Source: Eledone cirrhosa (lineage: Eukaryota). Taken from it: DNA of 64,000 nucleotides. Location: the NCBI GenBank assembly GCA_964016885.1, contig OZ024740.1, positions 200,508,001 through 200,572,000 of the forward strand, read 5' to 3'. The translations under genes and the position numbers were made by a program. Under the pieces are notes generated by a model, which was not told the origin of the DNA, did no database searches, and saw nothing but the letters and a program-made list of their open reading frames with translations. Positions 23,426-36,351 of this stretch are shown piece by piece; the stretch's first letter is position 1, and the number at the start of each line of letters is the position of its first letter.

Positions 23426-23576
23426 ATTAAAATAACAGATTAAAGTTTAAGCAAAGAATCGCTGCTTTGACCCTTGACGGGATCTTATGAAAATAATATT
23501 TGTGATTATTTTCTGAAGATCCCGTTAAGGGTGAAAGCAGCGATTCTTTGCTTAAACTTTAATCTGTTATTTTAAT
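23426..23576. repeat. Near-perfect palindrome of about 150 bp with CTGAAGA...GAAA motif (PLE-like foldback)
   Basis: attaaaataacagattaaagtttaagcaaagaatcgctgcttt / aaagcagcgattctttgcttaaactttaatctgttattttaat. Confidence 0.7.
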
Positions 23577-23599
23577 ATATATATATATATATGAAGGGG

Positions 23600-25805
23600 G
23601 CATATAACTAAATAACTTATGCCACCAAATTAGGAGCCTTAACAGTTGGCCCTGAAAATGTAAGCAAACCGATACTTTTAAACAAGTATTGGGCAAATAT
23701 GAAAATTTGGAAGTATATTTGCTTTTCTTATGATACGCTGATACAGTGCGTATGAACTATGAAATAGTCGACTTCTCGATCTTCTAACATGTTGATCGCT
23801 ATTACCTGTGGTACTGAGAATGGAACAATTCACTTTGTCTCTTCTTCCCAATTTGGCCATGAAGGGAACTGCAACTGGTGCTACAGTAGAAACAGTAATA
23901 ACAGCAGAGGTTACGCTGTTCAAATCAGAGGCATCGCATGACTAACTCTGTTTACGATTTCCTTCTTCCTCTTACTACGAGCCCCTCTATTGTATTTTCT
24001 AACACATATCTTGCATCTGAGATTCCGTCTCAACATTGTCACTTGCATCAACTTGCTATCCACTTCCACAATGAATACTATATCTTTTTCCTCATTTCGT
24101 AGATATATATGCAGTTTCCAGCGAACCGCATCTTATTGCCGCTGACCGCTCATAGCAATGTTGAAGTTACAAGATTCTGGGAAATATCCAACCACATATA
24201 CATTACTTCATGTTTTGAACATTCTGTTTATTGAACAAACGAGAGTCATACTTCGAAACCGACGAATGATCCGGCATTATCCTTATTTAATCACAAAACA
24301 TCAAGTTCAACGCCTGTTATCAGATATAACTATCAGAGTCATAAACTGGAACTGAATATGTTACATTAGAAGTTAAGTGAATGAAAGAGCTTGGGTAAGA
24401 AAGCTAGAAATCTACTCACTACATCCATATCCACCACAGATATAATATATTTATGATAAATCAGCCCAATATATAGGGAGGAACATGATAGTCGTAGGGA
24501 GTGGATTCTCGGAGATTAACGTATCTTGGAAAAGTTTTAGAAGCAAAGATATAAAATAAAGATACGCGAAGCTACCTATTTATTCGATTTGTAAAGAATC
24601 AATAAATTACAATCTTAGAAGAGTTAAATACACCGAGGTAAATGATTTAGAAATGAAAACAATAAATATAGTTAGAAAGAAAATGCTAAACAGAAATACA
24701 ATGTGATAAGACAACAGAAGAGGATGAAAATAAAATGAAGAAAATTAATTCGGCAATGAAGTTATACTACAACAGGTGAGATTGAGAGAGAACAAGTGAA
24801 ACAAAATAATGTACAGCAATTACTACTCAGAAATTGTAGAGCAAAAGCAAAAAGAGAATATCGTTTCAGCTGCGCCAGCTAAATGTCTAGTGAAACTAAC
24901 AATGCAACAACAAAAGGAAAGTACTTATAGAATATATCATCACTGACTGAAGTTTTTGCAAATACAATACGTCTCCTGCTGTGATGGCGTACACCCTTTC
25001 TAGATTGACAAGATACTTTTATACTTATTATATAAGTATAAAATATGCAATTGTGACAGCACTATGATATGATAGTAGGAGTCAAAATCAAAATATGACA
25101 CCCAGATGTAATAATTAAAGTCGATAAAGAAAAATAAGAAAAATGAAAGAAGTCTTATGGGGAAATATAAATGCAAACATTTTTCCCTTAGGTTATTACG
25201 TTCGTTGCTATATAGGGGAGGTAAATGATTGATATGGGCGGTGAGCTTCACAATATATGGTTCGCTGGAATCTGCATCGATATCTGTGATCCGAGGAAGA
25301 CCGAAGAACATATGATATTCATTGTGGAAGTGGATAGCAAGTCGCTTCAATGTCGAGATAAAATCTGTTTCAACACGTGTGATAGTAAATACATTAAAGG
25401 ACTTGTAGCAAAAAGTGGGAGCAAATCAAAAACAGTTAATTATGGGGTACACCACAACAGAATTGGTTATGTGATGCCGCTGATTTGAACATCGTTACCA
25501 CTGCTGTTATTACTGTCTCTAGTGTGTCACCAGTTGCAACTCCCTACATGGTCAATGTAGGCAGAAGAGACAAAGTGAATTGTCCCATTCTCAGTACCAC
25601 AGGTAATAGCAATCAACATGTTAGTAGATCGAGAAGTCGACTATTTCATAGTTCATACGCACTGTAACAGTGTTTCGTAAGAAAAGCAACCATAATTCAA
25701 AATTCTCATATTTGCCCAATACTTGCTTAAAATTATCGGTTTTCTTACATTTCCAGCGCCAAATTTTAACGCTCCTAATTTGGTGGAATAAGTCATTTAG
25801 TTATA
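23600..25805. repeat. Diverged inverted duplication of about 560 bp (23600-24155 versus 25230-25805)
   Basis: Paralogous ORFs on opposite strands (23678-23923 minus; 25485-25667 plus) and colinear flanks. Confidence 0.85.
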
Positions 25806-26811
25806 TACCAACACACACACACACAAACACACACACGCGCGCGCGCGCACATTCATATATACATACATACATATGTTAGTATGTATGTACATACATACAT
25901 ACTAACATACACATATTAACAGACCCAAATTGTACCTCAGATAGAAAAACATATACATAAAAAGAGAGATGGGGAGGAGAGAGAGAGAGCATCCATTTCT
26001 AAAAACTAAAAGATAGAGATGATCTGAACACACCGGTGATTGTCGGAATCAGTACTAGAGGTATTCAATCGAAAATTCTAACCTCACTGCTAATATGTCA
26101 CCCTAGTATTTAGTTACATGTCTTTCAATTCTGGATTCAAACCACGGCAAGATGTAATTTGCTTGTTATACTACTGGGCTCGGTCACAACAGTTATTAGT
26201 TATTGAATATAATTGTTTTTTTTAATGTATGTGTAGAATTATAAACATATTTTCATACCGGAAATATTGAGTTAAATTGGAAGAAGTATTAGAGCCAGGA
26301 TTAAGATTTTTTCGAATGATATTCGTTTCTCCATACTGCTTCAAGAAAACAGTATGCATAGAATAGAAATTCCTAATGACACAATTGAGAAGTAATACGC
26401 TGCGTGGTTGCTTATGACATGTGGCAATAACATGGACATCATTCTAAGCTATATCTCGCTAATGATATTATGCTGGGAGGTAGATGGAATAGAGGAACTG
26501 ATTGTGTTATCAATAGTTTTGTTGTTGTTTGAAGACACCAGAAAAGAAACTGTTTTCAAAACAAATGACATTTGTTCATCCTGACAAGAGAGAAATCGAT
26601 ATATTCGTGAACGATATGCAAGATGACAGGCTAGAACATATATAATCGTTCGAAGATGTCAAAAAGAAAAATCAATATCGGAGAGAAAATAGCCGTTCAA
26701 TGTGAGTTGACAGAAATATAGTGAAGACCAAAACTGGAAAGTACTGATTCCTACACTCTCGTTAACAGAGTGGAATATGTCTCTCTCACTCCCTCTCTCT
26801 CTCTCTCTCTC

Positions 26812-26858
<47 letters not shown>

Positions 26859-28010
26859 GACAGAATGTTGTCTCTCAACTTGCTAGTTATAACAATGCAC
26901 ATTTACATCGATTCACACCAAGACGTCTCGAAATGTTAAAACGTAATGTGTTTATTGTTCTACAGGTAAGACGGTGGGATTAAGAAACATGAAAGGATGA
27001 TATTCGCCGGAATCCTATTGATTTGTCTGCTCAATTAGAGGTTGGCTGGGGTTTAAGCAATAACTATAAAACTGTACAAGTTGTATTTCATATGGTAAGT
27101 ATAATAGACGCATCAATCGCAATCTTTGGAACAATTTACTTATAGGACTAGAGAATGTTGGAAATATGATTAATGGATGTACATAATAAAACAGAAATTA
27201 TATGCTCTGCATGTTCGTTAACATTTTGAGTACAGAATATTATGATAGTCTGCCAGCGTAAACTAAAAAGATATCTCAGCAAAGATGGCAGGTCAGGCTG
27301 TGAGAGACAACCTGAAGAAATAGTCTCAAATCTGGTGATATGGCAGCCAGTACATGGGCAGATTCGGCGTGGGAGACTAACACTAAATTTACTGATATAC
27401 TTTAAAAAGTTACTATAACGGAAATACGAAATTTGATGGTAGAGCAGAAGTTCTGGCATGAATTTTATTCACTTGTTCGGAAAATAAACTGAAAAGATAA
27501 ATTAAATGAGATGACATAAGCATAATTTAAACAGTGAAGTATTACCAGATATTGATTGCTAGATAGATATTGATTGCTGATTTCTATTCATGGCGATCGA
27601 AATTGTTAGAGATTTCTCTTAACGTTTTACATCTTATACTCGGCAGTATCTAACTTTATTTAGCTTATCTCCTTCGTTTTTGTTAGCCGTTCAAATAATA
27701 ACAGGAAATTCCATGGCTTAATAGTTATGGTGTTCGGCACAGTAGAGTATCGTGGGGAGTTCGATTTACAGCAGAGCATTGAATTTTACTTCATATAGAT
27801 TGTACTTGTAACTGGAACTTTAAGTGTACACATGTCTGAGGAATACTCAACTACTTGCACATTGGTTTCAAGGGAAAGCTGTTGCGTTGGTCGAATAACT
27901 ATGGCACTCATCTTTGGTATCGACGGAGGTCCAACAACAACGCCTTTTTGCATGTGTGAGTCTGCGTGTAGGCCTGTATATATCCATTTATATATATATA
28001 TACATATATA

Positions 28011-28101
<91 letters not shown>

Positions 28102-28111
28102 CAGTGTGTGT
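28011..28111. repeat. (TG)n microsatellite
   Basis: Direct reading; similar compound CA/TA/TG tracts at 29740-29872 and 30685-30845. Confidence 0.95.
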
Positions 28112-29079
28112 GTACGTATATGTGTAGATTCCTGTCATGACTTTCTGAGAGACAAGTGAAACAAAATGAAATATGTAAATAGCTATGATATGCATCTAGT
28201 ACATAAATATATCCATGAAGGTGAGTGCCCAGATGATTGTGGTGTTGGACTCACGGTCATTAGATTGAGTGTTCTGTTCTTGTACCAGGACTCGTAATAT
28301 TCATTTAGCATGCACTTCAATTCATGTCATATTTTATGATAGGTACCTTACCATTAACCCTCTCTCTCAGGTCCGAATTCAGAGGAGCCGAACTCCCACT
28401 GTCATCGCCTCCATCTCTCCCGCCCACCCCATCTCTATCTATTATGGGCATATAGGGTCCCATACACTGGCCGTGTTATGGAAGCATTGGTGTGTGATCC
28501 GAATCATTCTATTGACTATGTGGGTCGGAACTATTTAGAAATCGATGACAAATTCTTAAAGAAACAGCAAGAAAATTAGATAAAGGAAGAAAATAGTGAT
28601 GATAATAATGATGATGATGATGATGATAAACATTAATGGTATTGCTATCAACAGCTCGATTATCATCACCACCACCATTACATGAAGAGTTCAAAGTAGA
28701 TGTAGAGTATGACAAAATGAAAGACAAGGAAAATGAAAAATAAATTCACTTCTATCTCATATCCTAGAAAATCTTTCCTTAAGTCTATATTACCGTATTT
28801 ATATGTTAAAACCAATATTGTTTTTAATCAGTTCTCAACCCAACGATTCGGAAGCTCCTTAACAGCGATAAGTTGTTCCCTCATATCCTGAAATAATACA
28901 GTGAAAATTCACTGTGTTCTAAGATTCTCGTTACAGGATTTAATATATTAATCTCACATCACAGTGGATGATAAACTAACTTGATATATCTCCTGTCAGC
29001 TGCATATTTTAAGTCTCACTCTCCAAAACATACACAAACAATAATAAATGGCTGCATAATTTCCATATTGAACAGTATT

Positions 29080-29372
29080 ATGTAAGGTCGGGTGGTCTAA
29101 GTTCAAATCCAGTTAGTTCAATGTTGATATGTAATTCACCAGTGTTCAAATATATATAATCGGGGAGGTCTAAGGTCAAATCCAATTAGTTCAATGTTGA
29201 TATATAATTCACCAGAGATCAATTATATAACGTCACGGACTTCTAAGTTCAAATCCAGTTAGCTCAATGTTGATATGCAATTCACAAGTGAACGAATATA
29301 TAACGTGAGGGACTTCTCATTTCAAATCCAGCTAGCACACTGTTGATATGTAATTCACGAAGGATCAAATGT
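29080..29372 (+). repeat. Four diverged tandem copies of a 73-bp unit containing GTTCAAATCC
   Basis: Equivalent positions at 29099, 29172, 29245 and 29318. Confidence 0.9.
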
Positions 29373-29734
29373 TTGCAAACAGCGATCAGTAAAGTTACAG
29401 AGTTTCAGTAACAAACGTTTTCTTTATTTCAGCCTTCTTATTATCTATCAGAATTCCACAAATCTCTGCGCCAAGCCAGTCTTGTCACATGCTGTGTCAT
29501 GCTAAATCTCCATGAGAATTACATTACTGCTTCCATATCTGAGGAAAGGTCATTCATTTGCATGTTAATTTCACATATTTGTCGTTCCGTTAATCAAAAG
29601 ACTGGAACACGGTTCGTCATAACAAACGGAGGTCCAACAATCCCACCCTCAATCTCTAACCTCATCATTCTAACACCATTTATTACTTTGCGGCGTTACA
29701 ACGTAACCTCGACGAAGAAACACTTTAATTATCT

Positions 29735-29788
<54 letters not shown>

Positions 29789-29789
29789 T

Positions 29790-29874
<85 letters not shown>

Positions 29875-29919
29875 CCGAGAGTCCAATCCCCTCAGTCGAT
29901 TTCTAGAAATCAATACATT

Positions 29920-29992
29920 TTTTGCCTCTACCTATTTTGTTACGCCATATTCATATACACCATGTGGCGTAACAAAATAGGTAGAGGCAAAA
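29920..29992. repeat. Hairpin with a stem of about 31 bp and an 11-nt loop
   Basis: ttttgcctctacctattttgttacgccatat / atgtggcgtaacaaaataggtagaggcaaaa. Confidence 0.9.
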
Positions 29993-30682
29993 TATGACAA
30001 ATGATGTCCATCTATATTTATATATATAGCTGCCAGTGCATATACGTATGTACTGAATACATTTTAGACAGCAATAAACGAATGCAATTGAATTAAACTC
30101 AAACTATTACAAACATAATAGGCAAATATTGAAAGTAAACACGCACAGACATCTAAGGCATTTCCATTCGCTAAAACTTCGCTTTCCAAACAATGTTCAT
30201 TAATATATTACGAAAGATGTATCCGTTCGTGTGAAAAGAAACCGCATTCATTTCATGTCATGTTTCCTATTGTAGAAATTATTATATGCTATGCAATGCC
30301 TTTATGATATTTTCTAATTTTGGACACATTAAAGGTATTGTGTCCGTGCTGGAGGTTTACAATGCAAGATGCCAACACAAACCAGATAAAATGAAATTAT
30401 GTCACTGTTTAATCTCTTTACAGAATTGCAGTTATTAGCATTAACAATTTCAATTGATTTGCGCAATTGGCATGTCACGTTAACGTAACAATCACGCCAA
30501 GTCCAATTCAAGATTTGTGACATTAAATGATCGTAGTGGCAGCGACTGTTAAAAATAAATCGGCACCGGGAATCGGATAAAAGTAACTTTGTAATGCAAT
30601 TATTTCCTAGTGAATATGAAGAATATAAAGTGAAAAGTGGTGGACTTCACAAACCAAATGTCCATTCATTTAACTGTGTAAA

Positions 30683-30714
<32 letters not shown>

Positions 30715-30722
30715 TACATATG

Positions 30723-30801
<79 letters not shown>

Positions 30802-31581
30802 GTCTGTATGTCTTTCTGTGTGTGTATATGTGTGAGAGAGAGAGATTGAGAAGCTGCGCATATAACAATTTCCCCATCGAAACGCATGAAAAGTTTGTGA
30901 ATGTCAGCCAATTTCACAATATATATATATATATATATACACACATACACACACATATATATATATATACACACACATATTGAAGATAAAAGTAAAAACC
31001 TAAAGACGCTTCTCATTTCGTAGACAGTTATGTAATATGACACAGGTGTAACAATTACAGCTTATCCAGTAAGACATATAAATATGTTAAATTTGATGCT
31101 GAAAAGCTGCCAGAGCATCTTGGAGTAGTTGTTTATGTCGTTGCCCTCTCGATTCCCGGTTCAGTCATAATTTTTCTATAATGTTTTGAGACTGTAAAGG
31201 CATCATTTAAGTTACAAATCTTAACAATGAATAACAATGAATAACAATGAATAAAACTGTACGCTCGTTTGTATATAAGGAACAGGTTTTCTTTAGGTTA
31301 TACGAGAGTAAAAACATGACAATAGATAAGAATATCATTAAAGTATTATCATATCTCTTTACTAGCCCTCTCTCTGGTTCCGAACAATGGGCTATTACTG
31401 CTTATGTATATTCCCAGTGTGACAGTGTGTGTGAAACGTCTGGCTCTTGGAGTTAGGGGCACATGCTAATACATGCAGCTTAGTAGTTTGACCAACGTGA
31501 AATAAAGTAGTTTACTTTCTTTATGCATTGCTAAACATATCAGGAAAATATATTCAATTTGAAACGTAATGCGACCAATCA

Positions 31582-31900
31582 GGTGAGCACGTGTCTTAGT
31601 GGTTATGGTGCTTGGCTCACCATTATAGAGTCATGAGTTCGATTCTCGGATCGGCCAGCGCGTTGTGACCTTGGGAAAATCACTTTGCTCCGGGTCATTC
31701 AGCTTGAGTTGCGACAACATTCCTACCTATCCCTATCGGCCCTTGCCTTTCCAATGGACAACATCAGTGTTGTGTAGAGGGAACACTTGCATGCACATAT
31801 GACTATTTGTCTTCCCAAAAAGGCTCGTGTTTAGTAGAAGCAAACCTAAGGTTAGGCTTTCAGAGGGGGTGCAGGACCTAAGAACAGTCCTGAACGAATG
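31582..31900 (+). mobile_element. tRNA-derived SINE with CORE-like segment (degenerate)
   Basis: A-box-like cttagtggtt, B-box gagttcgattctc, ttgtgaccttgggaaaatcactt. Weaker relatives at about 27712-27830 and 28221-28350. Confidence 0.6.
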
Positions 31901-32724
31901 AGGCACACACCTTTTCCATATCACGCAAAATATGTCCTTCAGTTCTCAAACTTTTACATATAAACCTGTTATCTGACTGGGTTTATATCTACATCCTTTC
32001 GAGAGTATTTTAATCATTATTTTCGATACGGATAGGCAGGAATATCTAAAATATTTTACACTTCATGCTACAAAGCCTTCAGTTATTTAAATTACAACAT
32101 TAAATGAAAACAATAATTATTTGTATTGTTAACGTTAATGTTGATTTTTCCTCTCATTTTTATTAATTATCTTATAATTTATAAATGTGTGCCATCTATG
32201 TAATTATTAGCATGAATGGATTTCTCAAAATTTGAAACAAAAAGCAGTTTTTTTACATAAATGAAATTTTATTATATTTTCACTAATTTTGCACACCAGT
32301 TGTTTATTATTCAGTAATGTTTACGTCGTCTTTTGTGTGAAAATATAATTAAATTCATAAACTCATTAGGTTTTAATTAATATTTTTTGAGTAAATTGTC
32401 CCAATGTATAGCATTTGAAAATACGAAATATATTTTATAAAAATTAATGTTTGCGAAACGATATTCAATTTTCATATAAAGATTATAATAGCAGTAACCA
32501 TGACGTGTATATAAACATATAACAAAATATGTTATGGAATAATAATTGATGGAATATTTAATGCAGTAAGATTTCGAAACACATTACCACGAATGAGTGT
32601 GATGAGTTACTAGTGCCTGTTCTATGTGGCTATTCATTTACAATCAGGTCCTCTGGTCATATCTGAAATATTTCTTTCAACAGAGGATGTAGAGCTTCTT
32701 TGGTATTTTCTTGTAGACAGGCAA

Positions 32725-32870
32725 CAGAATGCTGTGTGGTTAAAGAGTTTGCTTCGTATCAAGGTGGTATTTATTTCAGTTCAACTATGAGGCATCTTAC
32801 TCAATACTATAACCTCTAGTCAGCCAATGCGTTTTGAGTGAATTTGAGAGACGGAAACATGGGATGCTCA
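32725..32870 (+). mobile_element. Degenerate tRNA-derived SINE
   Basis: gctgtgtggttaaagagtttgcttc...actataacctc...gagtgaatttg.agacggaaac; family assignment from memory only. Confidence 0.4.
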
Positions 32871-32930
32871 TTATATGTATGTATGTATGTATATATATAA
32901 TAATAATAATAATGATAATAATTATTATTA

Positions 32931-33106
32931 TTTCTACTTTAGGCACAAGGCCAACAATTACCCAGTGCATTACTGGTACTTTATTTTATCGACCCCGTAA
33001 GGATGAAAGGCAAAGTCAACCTCGGCGGGATTTGAACTCAGATCGTAAAGGGACGTAACTATGCTGGAAAGCATGGCGTCCGACCCTCTACCGATACTGC
33101 CAATCC
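32931..33106 (-). mobile_element. tRNA-derived SINE (family also at 35031-35620)
   Basis: Reverse complement of ggattggcagtatcggtag...gagttcaaatcccgccgaggttgactttgcctttcatccttacggggtcgataaaa. Confidence 0.9.
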
Positions 33107-33124
33107 AATAATAATAATAATAAT

Positions 33125-34794
33125 GTTTTCTTTATTAACCACATAAAGTAGACATTAAGAACAGTACAGGACAATACAGGACGGTACAAATGGGCATTTC
33201 TGCGTGTAAAAAAAAACAGAGGATGTAATAAAATAACAAAGAAAAATTCCCCAATAGGGGGGAGACTTCCGAGGGAAATTTGTGGAGAAAGCCCATTAAA
33301 AGACCACAGTGACCCTGACCACCAGGGAAAGTGCCCTCTCCTAGTTTTCCATCTTGAATTTACAGACACATACTCAGAGTAGGACCATTCACTCGGGCCA
33401 TACTTGCTTCTCTCACCCATCTTTCAATAAAATGCTGGGAAGAGAGCACTTCCCTTTCTACTGTGATTTTCCTTTTCAAATGAAATTTGAAAAAGTCAAT
33501 CAGGGCATCACCGAAGAGATAAGTGCTCGTCTTCAGCCCTTTCAAACGTGCCCACCATACTATCTCTTTCGCCATGGCCACCAGACAGATAAAAACTGCC
33601 TGCCCTTCCCGGCTAAAGGAAGAGGGCGGGGCAATTCTCACGATGGACTCAGATGATAGCCGGATCCGTCCTACACGCGACAGAAGGTGTTCGACATGAA
33701 CCCACAAGTCAGCAATTTTCGGACACTGGACGAATGCGTGCAGGACGGTTTCGTCGCCCTGCGCGCATCTCGGACATGCCCGGCTGACGGCACCTCCATG
33801 CCTGTAGAGTTTATCCCGAACTGGCAAAGCACCCCGGTAGCACTGCCAGGCCAGGGATTTCTGGAAGTTGTCCATAGGCCCCGGCTCGAAGTCCTTCCGA
33901 AGAGATTGGCTAGTTGATTTTTGTCGACGCCTATAGTTTCTCCAAGTACGTCACCGCTCTTACCCTCCACTAATCCCCTATAGAACGCCAAGGTGGAGTT
34001 TCCACCGATCACATTGCCCGATTGGTCGAGGGCTGTGAGCGCCTGAAGACATTCCAGTCTCCAAGCGCTCCCTCTCGGTCTTCGCTTGACCCAGGACTGC
34101 AGCTCCGTCAAGGAGACGAGCTGGGAAAAGACGTGTCTAGCAAACGGCGACCACACCTGATCACCGTCGAGGAAGAGGTGGAGATGTCGTAGGCTAAGTG
34201 CGTGCCTGCGCATCATCAGCCACGGCATGCCCAGCCCTCCAAGTAGCGGGTTTGACAGCAGATGGACCGCCTGACCATCTGAGCGCGTCCCTTCCACAAA
34301 AAGCGAAAGAGCAAACGCTCCAGCGCAGTCAGGCGGGGCTTAGGACAAGGTACGGCGGTCAGGCGGTAGTAGATGACGGACGCGATGTACGCATTAGCCA
34401 CCTCCGCTCGACCTTTCAGGGATAGCTTCCTATGGGCCCATTTCTGGGTGAGAGAAGCCACCCTGCTCGTCACCTCGTCCCAGTTTTTGTCCGTCTGGAG
34501 GTCCGGACCGAACCAGACCCCTAGCAATTTAACCGGTCCGTCCGTCCAGCGCACGACGACGCTGTTGGACGGCATGGACCTGCCTCTCCAGGTGCCGAGC
34601 TGCGGGCCCACTGATTTTTCCTGGTTGATCATTGCTCCTGTCACCGCTTCGTATTCTCTTAGTGTAGTGCCGATCGCCTCGATGTGTTTGGCGTTCGACA
34701 CCACTACGGTAACAGCGTCCGCATATGCTGTCACGGATCTTCCGCATCCTAGTTCGCGAGGGACCCCCCTCAACGTCTCCAGTTTGTGCAGTAA
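33125..34794 (-). mobile_element. 5'-truncated Tx1-like copy E (A-type ORF2 3' part)
   Basis: ORFs 33360-33875, 33671-34297 and 34216-34923 match copy A. 3' end joins (ATT)6 at 33107-33124. Confidence 0.93.
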
Positions 34795-35030
34795 TTGTGC
34801 AGTAATTGAACTTAAAGAAAAAACTATTTGAAGAAGAGAAACAGTCGTAGATCGGACGACGCTGCTTATTTCGAGGAGTAAGTTTTGTCTAATTTGATAT
34901 TCCCTAACACGAAAATTCGACAAATTATTTCACCACTTATCTCTACAAATAATCTGACACTAGTTGTGAGAACTGCATAACTATGTTTATATATTTACCC
35001 ATTACAATCGCTGTTTACATATTATTATTT

Positions 35031-35620
35031 GGTGGATTGGCAGTATCAGTAGAGAGTCGGACGTCATGCTTTCCAGCATAGTTACGTCCCTTTACGGTCT
35101 GAGTTCAAATCCCGCCGAGGTTAACTTTGCCTTTCATCCTTACGGGGTCGATAAAATAACGTACCAGTAATGTACTGTGTAATTGTTGGCCTTGTGCCAA
35201 AAGTAGAAACAACTATTTGAAGGGCGGTGGATTGGCAGTATCGGTAGAGGGTCGGACGCCATGCTTTCCAGCATAGTTACGTCCCTTTACGATCTGAGTT
35301 CAAATCCCGCCGAGGTTGACTTTGCCTTTCATCCTTACGGGGTCGATAACATAAAGAACCACTAATGTACTGGTAAATTGCTGGCCTTGTGCCTAACGTA
35401 GAAACAATTATTTGAAGTAAAGAACGATGGTGGATTGGCAGTATCGGTAGAGAGTCGGGCGCCATGCTTTCCAGCATAGTTACGTCCCTTTACGGTCTGA
35501 GTTCAAATCCCGCCGAGGTTAACTTTGCCTTTCATCCTTACGGGGTCGATAACATAAAGAACCACTAATGTACTGGGTATTGCTGGCCTTGTGCTAAAAG
35601 TAGAAACAATTATTTGAAGA
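35031..35620 (+). mobile_element. Three head-to-tail copies of a tRNA-derived SINE (about 197 bp each)
   Basis: Units start at about 35031, 35226 and 35429; each has B-box GAGTTCAAATCCC and a tail agaaacaattatttgaag. Confidence 0.9.
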
Positions 35621-36351
35621 AAAGAAACAGACATAGATCAGAAAACACTGTTTATTTCGGGGGATAAGTTCTGTTTAATCAAAGATCCGATTAATTATTA
35701 TACAATAATCTCTGTGGCAGAAGATGTGAAAGGTGCATATATATTTTTAAATATTTCCCTAATACAATTTTCTTTTTTTACATTTCGGTCGATTGTGGCT
35801 AAATTTCAGATTTTGAAAGGAAAATGGACAGTTGAAAGATCACTTCTCTCTCCCACCACCACATTCACAACACTTCCTCAACCATTCACACCAGTAATCC
35901 CCATCTATTTTTAGACTAATGTCACTGACTGCTACCTATCTCCCTTCTCTGTGTCTAATGTGTGGGTATATATATATGTGTGTATATACATACGTGTGTA
36001 TAAGTATGCACGTGTGAATGTATATTTATGTATGTGTATGGAGCCCACATAAAGGACAAAACAAATGGGTAGAACAAAAGAATACTAGCATCCCATTTAC
36101 ACCTCAAACTCAAAATTAGCAGAAAATAACATCGGAGAAGCAACTCCTATAAGCTACAATGTCACCCTACCCACTACCACTCCCAGCACCCCCACCCCAG
36201 CATTAATCTCCCTGCCACCACCACCAACACCACTCACACCACAAGAACAGTTGAGAAAATTCTCGTACTCCTCTTACAACTGCAACCATAACAATATCAC
36301 CTCAATCAACAACAGCAATAACCATAACTATACTGCTATAATAGTAATAAT

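Noticed and set aside
25225-25350. Cadherin-like DIDAD motif suggesting a protocadherin exon
   Set aside because: No other cadherin motifs are present, and the frame is broken in the paralogous arm.
29080-29372. CRISPR-like array
   Set aside because: Whole units are homologous, there are no unique spacers or cas genes, and the context is eukaryotic.
27923-29640. Shared 15-mer acggaggtccaacaa at 27923 and 29626
   Set aside because: The flanks do not extend, so it is too short to interpret.
35031-35130. tRNA gene
   Set aside because: A B-box is present but there is no cloverleaf, and it continues into a SINE body.
35700-36350. Possible Tx1 5'UTR/ORF1 remnant (ACC/AAC-rich)
   Set aside because: Only compositional similarity; no alignable motif.
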